DNA of 38,891 nt from Lactococcus garvieae (GCA_963631415.1 CAVGQS010000001.1:1-38891), one strand, 5' to 3'; shown: positions 26,806 to 34,560, counted from the first letter of the stretch. A program made the numbers and translations. The notes: a model not told the origin generated them from the sequence alone.

Positions 26806-27024
26806 TTAAGTAGTACTTGAGCGATTGAAAACAAGGACTTAAAAAAATTTTATGCGGACTTAACGAAAAAATCTCGGGGGAAACGCTGCAACGTTTCGGG
26901 CGAAACAAAGCAACGTTTCGAGGCGAAACGTTGCAGCGTTTCGCCCGAAATTTTTTCGTTAAGTCCGCACGAAAATTTTTTAAGTCCGCACAAAAATTTT
27001 TTAAGTCCTACTTTATAACTTTGA
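26806..27024. repeat. complete copy B of the compound palindromic repeat (about 219 bp)
   Basis: The arms are reverse complements about an axis near 26910/26911. The inner 45 nt have 2 mismatches by my alignment. GTTTCG-N2/3-CGAAAC mini-palindromes lie at 26893-26906 and 26915-26929. There are three phased AAGTCC / GGACTT cores per arm. Confidence 0.9.
27016..27023 (+). promoter_or_regulatory. outward-facing TAACTTTG box at the tip of palindrome copy B
   Basis: TAnnTTTG match inside the repeat. No plus-strand gene follows, because rhuM is convergent. The same box occurs at 38868-38875 (minus) in copy C, pointing toward dapB. Confidence 0.3.
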
Positions 27025-27100
27025 AATGTTTGCGAACTGTTTGTTCTTGTTGTTTTATGACCGCCTTTTTGGATATTTGACAGACAGGAGATTGCCGGGC

Positions 27101-27139
27101 AAAAAAAATCCGCAGCCCTGGTTGTTAGGGTTGCGGATT
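27101..27139 (-). terminator. rho-independent terminator of rhuM
   Basis: 13-bp stem AATCCGCAGCCCT (27107-27119) / AGGGTTGCGGATT (27127-27139). There is an 8-nt U run on the minus strand. Confidence 0.7.
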
Positions 27140-27178
27140 GGCAAGCGTCGTGTCGTTTCGGGATTTTGCTGCTTAGGA

Positions 27179-27193
27179 GTTTGGCGGACAGCA
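27179..27193 (-). repeat. TGCTGTCCGCCAAA motif copy (inverted)
   Basis: The reverse complement of TTTGGCGGACAGCA matches the motif. It lies just downstream of the rhuM stop codon. Together with 26537-26552 it brackets palindrome copy B in inverted orientation. Confidence 0.7.
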
Positions 27194-27202
27194 AGGGGCT
27201 TT

Positions 27203-28210
27203 TCAATTTGATTCGCCGCTGAGCATACTCCTTACCTCCTTGTCGAAATCAGAGTCGATGCGTTGGGTGCGGTTGAAGATGTCGTATTCTGCCTCGGCTT
27301 TCTGTTTGGCTTCGGCTGCGGAGATGCTGCCCTTGTCGGGCAATATCTGGTAGCGGCGAAAGGCGAGGAACTCGTTGACGCTTGCGGAGAACTGCGACAT
27401 GTTGAAGGTGTTCTCGCGCTCTATGAGGTCTTCGATGTAGTCAAAGAAACCGGTGACGGCGCGTTCCAGCTGGCGTATTTCCTTCTCTTGCAGATAGTTT
27501 TTGGCTATGCTGGCATCCGACTTCAGTATGCGGCCGTCGGGCGCGTTCTTCCACGTGGTCAGTCCCATGTGGTCTTTGGTGTGGTCGGCCTTCGCATAAA
27601 TGATTTCCGCTTCCGTCTGCCCGGTGATGGCGTAGTGGAAGCGGTTTTGCACCATGGCATAGAAGTCGCGCGTGGTGGGCGAGTTGCGGTCGTAGTCGGT
27701 GCTGCACTCTGCGTAGATGTCGGTGATTTGTTGCCAGATGCGCCGCTCGCTCGCACGGATGGAGCGCACGCGATCGAGCAGTTCCCGGAAGTAGTCCTTG
27801 CCGAACAAGGCTGTGCCCTGTTTCAGCCGCTCGTCGTCCATGGCAAAGCCTTTCTTTATGTACTCGCTGAGTATCTTCGTAGCCCATTGGCGGAACTTCG
27901 TCGCCTTGGCAGAGTTTACGCGGTAGCCAACGGCAATGATGGCGTCGAGGTGGTAGAAATCCACTTGCCGTTTGATACTCCTTGTCCCCTCGACTTGAAC
28001 TGTTTCCATTTTGGAAATAGTTGACTCTGCCAGCAGTTCGCCCTCGGCATATATGTTTGCCAGATGCTTGCTGACGGCAGGCACACCCACGCCAAACAGC
28101 TGCGCCATGGCCTTCTGCGTACACCACAGCGTTTCGTCCTTGACCACCACTTGCACCTTGCCCTCGTCGTCGGGCATTGAGTAGAGAATAAACTGTATTT
28201 CGTTGCTCAT
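27203..28210 (-). CDS. rhuM: RhuM-family protein
   Basis: N-terminal block ...VVVKDETLWCTQKAMAQLFGVGVPAVSKHLANIYAEGEL and the conserved C-terminal region are typical of the Virulence_RhuM family. Either ATG (28219 or 28210) is possible. Confidence 0.8.
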   Translation of the reverse strand: MSNEIQFILYSMPDDEGKVQVVVKDETLWCTQKAMAQLFGVGVPAVSKHLANIYAEGELLAESTISKMETVQVEGTRSIKRQVDFYHLDAIIAVGYRVNSAKATKFRQWATKILSEYIKKGFAMDDERLKQGTALFGKDYFRELLDRVRSIRASERRIWQQITDIYAECSTDYDRNSPTTRDFYAMVQNRFHYAITGQTEAEIIYAKADHTKDHMGLTTWKNAPDGRILKSDASIAKNYLQEKEIRQLERAVTGFFDYIEDLIERENTFNMSQFSASVNEFLAFRRYQILPDKGSISAAEAKQKAEAEYDIFNRTQRIDSDFDKEVRSMLSGESN

Positions 28211-28225
28211 TGTTGGCATAATTCG

Positions 28226-29347
28226 TTATTCTATATCACCCATTTCTTTTTCCAAATCCTCTATTTGTGGCAACGCTGAAGCTACGTCAGCAAATAGTTT
28301 CTCTGTTTCGTACTGCGCAATGCCCATTGGCTGGGTAATACCACGTAGGGAGAACTCTGCTTTCTTATCGCTTTTGGTACGGCATAGAAGCAAGCCCACA
28401 GTCGGCTTGTCGTCAGTAGACTTCACCGAGTCATCCACTACAGAGATGTAGAAATTGAGCTTGCTCACATACTCCGGTTTGAACTCTACGGCTTTCAGTT
28501 CCACCACAACATAACAGTGTAGTTTTAGATGATACATCAGCAAGTCGATGTAGTAGTCGTCCCCGTCTACCGAAATGTGGTATTGCCTGCCAACATAGGC
28601 AAATCCGCTCCCCATTTCGAGAAGGAATTCTGTAATCTTGCTTGTTAGAGACTTTTCTATATCTAACTCGTTTTGCAATGCAACTGTACCAAGAAACGAG
28701 AAATTGTACGGGTCTTTGAAAATGTAACGAGCCAAGTCGGACTGAGGGGGTGGCAATGTCTGCTCAAAGTTATTGATGGCATGCCCCTTTGCATTGATGT
28801 ACCCATTGTCTATTTGAAGTAGCATCACATCACGGCTCCACCCATTCCGTGCTGTTTCCGTTATATAATAGGCACGCTGCGCTTCGTCTTTTATCTTGGA
28901 TAATAATGAGATATGGTGATACCACGAAATTTGCGCTAGTGGCACTTGCACCAACTCTTTGCCGTCACTCTCTAATTTTGCAAGTGTCGCTTGCAAAATT
29001 GGCAACTCCTTTAATTTTGCAAGTGGCACTTGCAAAAATGGGAAATCTGGATAGTGCACAGCAAAACTCTTCATATATCCAAGATTGCGTTTTGAATAGC
29101 CACGGTCATCTGGATAGCGAAATATTAAATCCTTTGACAGTTGCTCAATAACCTGTTTCCCCCAACCTTCCTCTTCTTGTTTCTGCAATATGCTTTTCCC
29201 GATATTCCAATATAGCGACAATGTGCCCAGATTCACACTGAGAGCTGTTTTCAGTTTTGCAGTGTCAATAAGTGCCTCAATATCTTTGCGCCATTGAGCA
29301 TATCCATGAGGCAAGGTACCCTTATTAGCCTTTATAATTTCATCCAT
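28226..29347 (-). CDS. DUF1016 / YhcG-family PD-(D/E)xK nuclease-domain protein
   Basis: YhcG-like N-terminus (...LYWNIGKSILQKQEEEGWGKQVIEQLSKDL...YSKRNLGYMKSFA...) and the ISWYHH block. Nuclease core: YYIDLLMYH...VVVELKAVEFKPEY. Very AT-rich (20/60 G+C in 28621-28680 by hand count). Confidence 0.8.
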   Translation of the reverse strand: MDEIIKANKGTLPHGYAQWRKDIEALIDTAKLKTALSVNLGTLSLYWNIGKSILQKQEEEGWGKQVIEQLSKDLIFRYPDDRGYSKRNLGYMKSFAVHYPDFPFLQVPLAKLKELPILQATLAKLESDGKELVQVPLAQISWYHHISLLSKIKDEAQRAYYITETARNGWSRDVMLLQIDNGYINAKGHAINNFEQTLPPPQSDLARYIFKDPYNFSFLGTVALQNELDIEKSLTSKITEFLLEMGSGFAYVGRQYHISVDGDDYYIDLLMYHLKLHCYVVVELKAVEFKPEYVSKLNFYISVVDDSVKSTDDKPTVGLLLCRTKSDKKAEFSLRGITQPMGIAQYETEKLFADVASALPQIEDLEKEMGDIE

Positions 29348-29395
29348 ATACCACTACTTTCAGGTTAAATCTCGCGTTAAACGCAAATTTATGGA

Positions 29396-29403
29396 CAAAG
29401 TTA
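29396..29403 (-). promoter_or_regulatory. candidate -7 box TAACTTTG upstream of the DUF1016 gene
   Basis: TAnnTTTG match 49 nt upstream of ATG 29347. Confidence 0.5.
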
Positions 29404-29426
29404 AGACTTTATCCAGTAAAGATTAG

Positions 29427-29434
29427 TATTTTTG
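29427..29434 (+). promoter_or_regulatory. candidate -7 box TATTTTTG upstream of the HhH/beta-barrel gene
   Basis: TAnnTTTG match 27 nt upstream of ATG 29461. Confidence 0.5.
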
Positions 29435-29460
29435 TACGAAATAAAACATTGAGAATCACC

Positions 29461-31506
29461 ATGAAAAGACTTTGGCTCGCCTTGTTGCTGGCGGTTGCCG
29501 CTCCGTTGGCGGCGGTGATGGGACAGACGGTCAGTTGGGACGAGTTTGCGGACTTCTATTTTCCTGATACTGAAGAGAGTGACGAGGGCGTGAGCCTTTA
29601 TGACGAGTTGCTGGAGATGCACCGCAATCCGGTGAATATCAATACGGCGGAGCGCGCCGACCTGCTGCGCATGCCGTTTCTCAACGAGGCGCAGGCTGAC
29701 TCCATCATGAGCCTGGTGAAGCGGTCGCACGGCCTCTACAGCCTGGGCGAACTGCAGTTTGTGAAGAACCTCCACCACAGCGAGATAGTATGGATGCCGC
29801 TCTTCTTTGTGTGCAGCCGCGAGGGCAAGCGCACCAAAGACGACAGCAAGCAGGGCAAGCCCGACGGCGAGAGCAACATAGAAACCAAGAAGCTGCAGAC
29901 CGAGATTTCCACCACTGTCGACGTGCCCCTCTACCAGCGCGAGGGCTTCAAGAAGCACTCGCAGGAGGTGCTCGAAAAGAATCCCAACAAGCAATATCTG
30001 GGCGACAAGGTGGCGACCACCTTGCGCTACCGCTCGTCGTACGCCAACAGGCTCTTTTGGGGACTGACCGCCCAGAAGGACGAGGGCGAGCCGTTCTGCT
30101 CCAAGGACAATTTCCTCTACGACTCCTATTCGTTCTACCTGGCTGGCAAGACCAACGGCGTAGTGAGCCAGTGGATTGTGGGCGACTACAGGGGCAACTT
30201 CGGCCTGGGCCTCACCCTGGGCTCCTCGCGCCCCGACGCCATGAGCATATTGTCGTCCTACAACCCGCGCCAGCAGGGATTCACCAAGCACACGTCTTCT
30301 GACGAGGCCTCCTTCATGCGCGGCGGCGCCATCACGCTCAAGACGGGGCGCGCCACTCTGCACGCCTTCGCCTCGTGGCGCAAGCTCGACGCCACGCTGT
30401 CGAGCGACAGCATCTCGACTATACTGACCGACGGCTACCACCGCACCAAGCTCGAGATGTCGAAGCGCGGCAACATACAGGCGCTGCAGGGAGGGCTCTC
30501 GGCAACGCTCGACCTCGACGTGGTGACGCTGGGACTGCAGGCCACCCACACCCACTACGACACGCCCTTCCGCACCCCCACGGCGCTCTACCGCAAATAC
30601 TACTTCCGCGACCAGGACTTCGGCAACTACAGCCTCTACTATGCCTTCAGCAAAAACAAGCTGCGCCTGTGGGGCGAAACCGCCACGTCGCTGCAAGGGG
30701 GCATAGCCACTCAGCACCGCCTGCAGTACGCGCCGTCGTACGGCCTCAAGCTGGTGATGCTCCACCGCTACTACTCCACCCACTACCTGTCAGCCACCGC
30801 CCAGAGCTACCGCGTGGGGTCGCGCATACAGAACGAGCACGGCATCTTGGCAGGGGCGAGCCTCAAGTTCAACGAGTTCTGGCAGCTGATGGTCTTCGGC
30901 GACTACGCCCACTATCCCTTTGCCATCTACCAGACCGAGCACCCGTCTAACGCCATTACCGCCACTTCGCAGCTCACCTTCTCGCCGTCGAAAAACACCA
31001 CGCTGATGGTGCGCTACAAGTTCCGCCAGCGCCCGCAGGACAACAAGAGCGACGAGCTCGACAACAAGCGGCAGCACTCCTTCAAGCTGCAGGCGCGCTA
31101 CCCCGTGGGGCGCCACATCAAGATGACCTCCGCCGCTGACCTGACCCTGCTCTCGCAGCCCGACAAGGACAACTCCAGCGGATGGATGGTGTCGCACAAA
31201 GCCACTGCCGCGCCCACCTCGTCCACGCGCATCAACCTCGCCGCCGCCTTCTTCCACACCGATTCCTACGCCGAGGCGCTCTACTTCAACGAGCCCAGCC
31301 TGCTCTACTACGCCTACTCGCCCTCGTGCTACTACCACGGGCAGCGCGCCTCGCTGTCGGTGACGCAAAAGCTGGGCATCCTCAGCCTCGCCCTCAAATA
31401 CGGCATCACCCACTACACCAACCGCGACACCGTGAGCAGCGGACTGCGCGCCTACGACGGCTCCACGCTGCAGAACATAACCGTGCAGGCCATGGTGAAA
31501 TTTTGA
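29461..31506 (+). CDS. ComEA-like helix-hairpin-helix domain fused to a predicted outer-membrane beta-barrel
   Basis: Signal peptide MKRLWLALLLAVAAPLAAVMGQ. HhH block: NINTAERADLLRMPFLNEAQADSIMSLVKRSHGLYSLGELQFV. The roughly 550-aa C-terminal region is rich in alternating aromatic/Gly strands and ends in ...QAMVKF (terminal Phe, OMP beta-signal-like). The ORF-track start 29449 is a TTG. The ATG is at 29461. Confidence 0.7.
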   Translation: MKRLWLALLLAVAAPLAAVMGQTVSWDEFADFYFPDTEESDEGVSLYDELLEMHRNPVNINTAERADLLRMPFLNEAQADSIMSLVKRSHGLYSLGELQFVKNLHHSEIVWMPLFFVCSREGKRTKDDSKQGKPDGESNIETKKLQTEISTTVDVPLYQREGFKKHSQEVLEKNPNKQYLGDKVATTLRYRSSYANRLFWGLTAQKDEGEPFCSKDNFLYDSYSFYLAGKTNGVVSQWIVGDYRGNFGLGLTLGSSRPDAMSILSSYNPRQQGFTKHTSSDEASFMRGGAITLKTGRATLHAFASWRKLDATLSSDSISTILTDGYHRTKLEMSKRGNIQALQGGLSATLDLDVVTLGLQATHTHYDTPFRTPTALYRKYYFRDQDFGNYSLYYAFSKNKLRLWGETATSLQGGIATQHRLQYAPSYGLKLVMLHRYYSTHYLSATAQSYRVGSRIQNEHGILAGASLKFNEFWQLMVFGDYAHYPFAIYQTEHPSNAITATSQLTFSPSKNTTLMVRYKFRQRPQDNKSDELDNKRQHSFKLQARYPVGRHIKMTSAADLTLLSQPDKDNSSGWMVSHKATAAPTSSTRINLAAAFFHTDSYAEALYFNEPSLLYYAYSPSCYYHGQRASLSVTQKLGILSLALKYGITHYTNRDTVSSGLRAYDGSTLQNITVQAMVKF

Positions 31507-31538
31507 GCGCCAAGCCGCTGCACAAGCCAAAAACTCCT

Positions 31539-31546
31539 TACCTTTG
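31539..31546 (+). promoter_or_regulatory. candidate -7 box TACCTTTG upstream of the radical SAM gene
   Basis: TAnnTTTG match 27 nt upstream of ATG 31573. Confidence 0.5.
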
Positions 31547-31572
31547 CACCCAGCTAACAAACCCTATCGTTT

Positions 31573-32349
31573 ATGTCGACAATAATATACCCGTCGCCAA
31601 TATTCGGCCCCATCCATTCGCGCCGCCTGGGCATCTCGCTTGGCATCAACCTCATGCCCGCCGACGGCAAGGTGTGCACCTTCGACTGCATCTACTGCGA
31701 GTGCGGCTACAACGCCGACCGCCGGCCTAAGCAGAAGAGGCCCACGCGCCAGGAGGTGAGCGCAGCCCTCGAGGAGCGTCTGGTCAAGATGACCGCCGAG
31801 GGACAGCTGCCCGACGTGCTGACCTACGCCGGCAACGGCGAGCCTACGGCCCACCCCGACTTCCTGGACATAGTGAAAGACACCATCAGCCTGCGCGACA
31901 AGTACTGCCCCAATGCCAAGGTGTCGGTGCTGAGCAACGCCACGCTCATCGGCCGCCCCAACGTGTTCGAGGCGCTGCGGCTCGTAGACAACAACATTCT
32001 GAAACTCGACACCATCGACCCCGCATATATAAATAAGGTGAACCGCCCCACGGGAGCCTACAGCGTGAGCGACATCATCGCCCAGATGAAGCGCTTCGAG
32101 GGCCACTGCATCGTGCAGACCATGTTCATGCACGGTGCCATCAACGGCCTCGACGCCGGCAACGTAAGCGAGGAGTTCATTGCCCCCTGGCTGCAGGCGG
32201 TGGCTGACATCAAGCCGCAGCAGGTGATGATCTACACCATAGACCGCGAGACCCCCGACCAAGACCTGCGCAAGGCCACCCACCAGGAGCTGGACGCCAT
32301 AGTGGAGCGCATCAAGGCGCTCGGCATAGACGCCACAGCCTCATACTAA
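31573..32349 (+). CDS. radical SAM protein of unknown function (COG0731-like)
   Basis: CxxxCxxC cluster motif (CTFDCIYCECG) preceded by GPIHSRRLGISLGINL. A GNGEP block is present. Confidence 0.8.
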   Translation: MSTIIYPSPIFGPIHSRRLGISLGINLMPADGKVCTFDCIYCECGYNADRRPKQKRPTRQEVSAALEERLVKMTAEGQLPDVLTYAGNGEPTAHPDFLDIVKDTISLRDKYCPNAKVSVLSNATLIGRPNVFEALRLVDNNILKLDTIDPAYINKVNRPTGAYSVSDIIAQMKRFEGHCIVQTMFMHGAINGLDAGNVSEEFIAPWLQAVADIKPQQVMIYTIDRETPDQDLRKATHQELDAIVERIKALGIDATASY

Positions 32350-32379
32350 GCGCTTGTTTACTGAAACACCACAACCGTT

Positions 32380-33387
32380 ATGATAAAAGACAACTGGAAA
32401 CAAAAAGGATACATCGACGAGCCTCTGCCGCAAGGCATTGACCTGAAGGCGGAGATAAAGAGGATATGCAAGGAGAAAAACGCCGTGATACTGGCCCACT
32501 ACTACACCGACGGCGCCCTGCAGGAACTTGCCGACTTCACCGGCGACAGCCTCGCCCTGGCGCGCAAGGCAGCCAACACCGACGCCGACATCATAGTGAT
32601 GTGCGGTGTCCACTTCATGGGCGAGACGTGCAAGATTCTCAGCCCCGGCAAGAAAGTCCTCATACCCGACCTCAACGCCTCGTGCTCGCTCGCCGAGAGC
32701 TGCCCCGCCGACGAGTTCCGCAAGTTTGTGGAGGCCCGCCCCGGCCACAAGGTGATATCCTACGTCAACACCACAGCCGCCACCAAGACCGTGACCGATG
32801 TGGTCGTCACCTCGTCTAACGCGCGCCAGATTGTGGAGTCGTTCCCCAAAGACCAGAAGCTCATCTTCGGCCCCGACCGCAATCTGGGAGAATACATCAA
32901 TTCCGTCACCGGGCGCCAGATGGTGTTGTGGAACGGCGCGTGCCACGTACACGAGCGCTTCTCTACCGGCAAAATTCTGGAGCTCAAGACCAAATACCCC
33001 AACGCCAAGGTGCTCGCCCACCCCGAGTGCAAAGGCCCCGTGGTGAAGCTCGCCGACGTGGTGGGCTCCACCGCCAAGCTCCTCAACTATGCCGTTGAGA
33101 GCGACGACAAGCAGTTCATCGTGGCCACAGAGAGCGGCATCCTCTTCGAGATGCAGCGCCAGGCGCCCGACAAGGAGTTCATTCCCGTGCCGCCCGACGA
33201 CGGCGAGACGCAGGGCGTGACGTGCGGCTGCAACGAGTGTGCCTACATGCGCCTCAACACGCTGCAGAAACTCTACAACACGCTCAAGTATGAGTGGCCG
33301 GAGGTGGAAGTGCCTGCCGACATCATCGACAAGGCCCGCAAGCCCATCGACGAGATGCTGTCAATAAGCGAGAAACTGAAAATCTGA
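32380..33387 (+). CDS. nadA: quinolinate synthase
   Basis: Full-length NadA pattern (ILAHYYT, DFTGDSL, VHFMGE, three-fold repeat architecture, conserved Cys residues). Confidence 0.9.
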   Translation: MIKDNWKQKGYIDEPLPQGIDLKAEIKRICKEKNAVILAHYYTDGALQELADFTGDSLALARKAANTDADIIVMCGVHFMGETCKILSPGKKVLIPDLNASCSLAESCPADEFRKFVEARPGHKVISYVNTTAATKTVTDVVVTSSNARQIVESFPKDQKLIFGPDRNLGEYINSVTGRQMVLWNGACHVHERFSTGKILELKTKYPNAKVLAHPECKGPVVKLADVVGSTAKLLNYAVESDDKQFIVATESGILFEMQRQAPDKEFIPVPPDDGETQGVTCGCNECAYMRLNTLQKLYNTLKYEWPEVEVPADIIDKARKPIDEMLSISEKLKI

Positions 33388-33407
33388 AGCGGAACAACCG
33401 CAGTTCC

Positions 33408-33451
33408 TGCTATCCGCCAAATCACAAAATGCTGTCCGCTAAAACACAAAA
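33408..33451 (+). repeat. two tandem 22-nt GTCCGC-type units (TGCTATCCGCCAAATCACAAAA / TGCTGTCCGCTAAAACACAAAA)
   Basis: Read directly from the sequence. The units lie immediately upstream of the bidirectional terminator between nadA and the opine-dehydrogenase gene. Confidence 0.8.
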
Positions 33452-33453
33452 AA

Positions 33454-33496
33454 ATGCCCGAAGCCAGCAAAAAGCCAGCTTCGGGCATTTTTTTTG
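33454..33496. terminator. bidirectional terminator between nadA and the opine-dehydrogenase gene
   Basis: 11-bp stem ATGCCCGAAGC (33454-33464) / GCTTCGGGCAT (33478-33488), with an A run upstream and a T8 run downstream. Confidence 0.85.
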
Positions 33497-33507
33497 TATC
33501 GTCAGTT

Positions 33508-34545
33508 TCATTTCTTTTCAATAACACTGCGCCCCCACTCATAAACCTTGTCTAAGTTGGGAGTATGCACGACGGGGAGGGGCAAATTCTGGTCTTTAGC
33601 CAGTTCGCACACAAACCTCAGTCCGTAGGGGAAATCTTCCGTAAAATATCTGTCGGAGAAATCGGGCACCCAGCCTCCTGCGGTTTGTTTCATCGGAGAC
33701 TTGATTCCCTGGAATGCCTTGATGCTCCTTATCTTTCGGGTCAGAGACTGCGCGTCGGTGCTCTCGTAGTATTCCAGCAATGGCGGCAAAAAGCCGTCTG
33801 ACACGGGGACACGCTTCAGCACCTCGAAGAACTCCTTGTCCATCTTGATGAGCAATTCTGAGGCCTCGTCGATCCACTCTTCATAGAAAAGGATGTTGTG
33901 GTCAGCGCGGGTGGAGGAGTTCCAAGAGGAGAACATGGAGTAGAGCCTCGCCGTGTGCAGAATAGGATTGCTGTTGGTCAGGCTGGCCTCCCAGTAGTTC
34001 TTCAGCAGATGTACCGGACCGTCGAACAAGCGGGACACCTCATCGGCAAAAAGCGCCTTTTCATCGTCTGCTACGTTTTCCACTGCAATATTGTGGCTCG
34101 ACTTGTAGCCCAGCAAATGCGCGCTGTGGCCGTAGTCCTCCACTCTGCATATAAACGGAACGCGCTGGAATCCCCATAACGGCTGGGTCGGCTGCAAGAT
34201 TTTCAGTGCCTCAAAAAAGAATCCCGTGGAGCAAACAACACTGCCCACATACGTTTTTGGCCGCAGATAGGGCTTTATCTTTTCCAATTCATCCTTAATC
34301 AAGAAGCCGGGCAAGCACACCAAGACAACATCGGCCGAGGGTATTACAGCCTCTGGCTTGTCGGTAATGTCGCACAGGCCTCCCTTGATTTGTTTCCCGT
34401 CGCAAGCGTCTACAAGGATTTCTTTTGACCATTTGTCAGGGCGGCTCGTCAAGACTGACACCGACAAGCCTTTGCCAGACAGATAGCCGGCAATAACCGT
34501 CCCCTGCGCACCGCCGCCGCAAATGCAGATGTTTTGAAAATCCAT
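33508..34545 (-). CDS. NAD(P)-dependent octopine/nopaline (opine) dehydrogenase-family protein
   Basis: N-terminal Rossmann ICICGGGAQG. C-terminal family blocks NSNPILHTARLY and SRYFTEDFPYGL. AT-richer than its neighbours. Confidence 0.8.
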   Translation of the reverse strand: MDFQNICICGGGAQGTVIAGYLSGKGLSVSVLTSRPDKWSKEILVDACDGKQIKGGLCDITDKPEAVIPSADVVLVCLPGFLIKDELEKIKPYLRPKTYVGSVVCSTGFFFEALKILQPTQPLWGFQRVPFICRVEDYGHSAHLLGYKSSHNIAVENVADDEKALFADEVSRLFDGPVHLLKNYWEASLTNSNPILHTARLYSMFSSWNSSTRADHNILFYEEWIDEASELLIKMDKEFFEVLKRVPVSDGFLPPLLEYYESTDAQSLTRKIRSIKAFQGIKSPMKQTAGGWVPDFSDRYFTEDFPYGLRFVCELAKDQNLPLPVVHTPNLDKVYEWGRSVIEKK

Positions 34546-34560
34546 TTCTCTCTCAGGCTT

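Noticed and set aside
26941-27024. Regularly spaced 21-nt direct repeats that superficially resemble a mini CRISPR array; the reverse complement of the TGCTGTCCGCTAAAAC word begins GTTTTAG
   Set aside because: The units abut one another with no unique spacers, there are only three per arm, they are mirrored in a palindrome, and there are no cas genes. This is not a CRISPR array.
27026-27211. 61-aa plus-strand ORF downstream of the outward TAACTTTG box of the palindrome
   Set aside because: It runs through the rhuM terminator hairpin. Its sequence is low-complexity and basic, with no motif. It is most likely non-coding, although transcription from the repeat tip cannot be excluded.
29401-30783. 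460-aa minus-strand ORF, together with 36537-37949 (+, 470 aa) and 35362-36609 (+, 415 aa)
   Set aside because: They are antisense to the HhH/barrel gene, to lepB and to the fusion gene respectively. They have no motifs, and the sense frames have clear family signatures.
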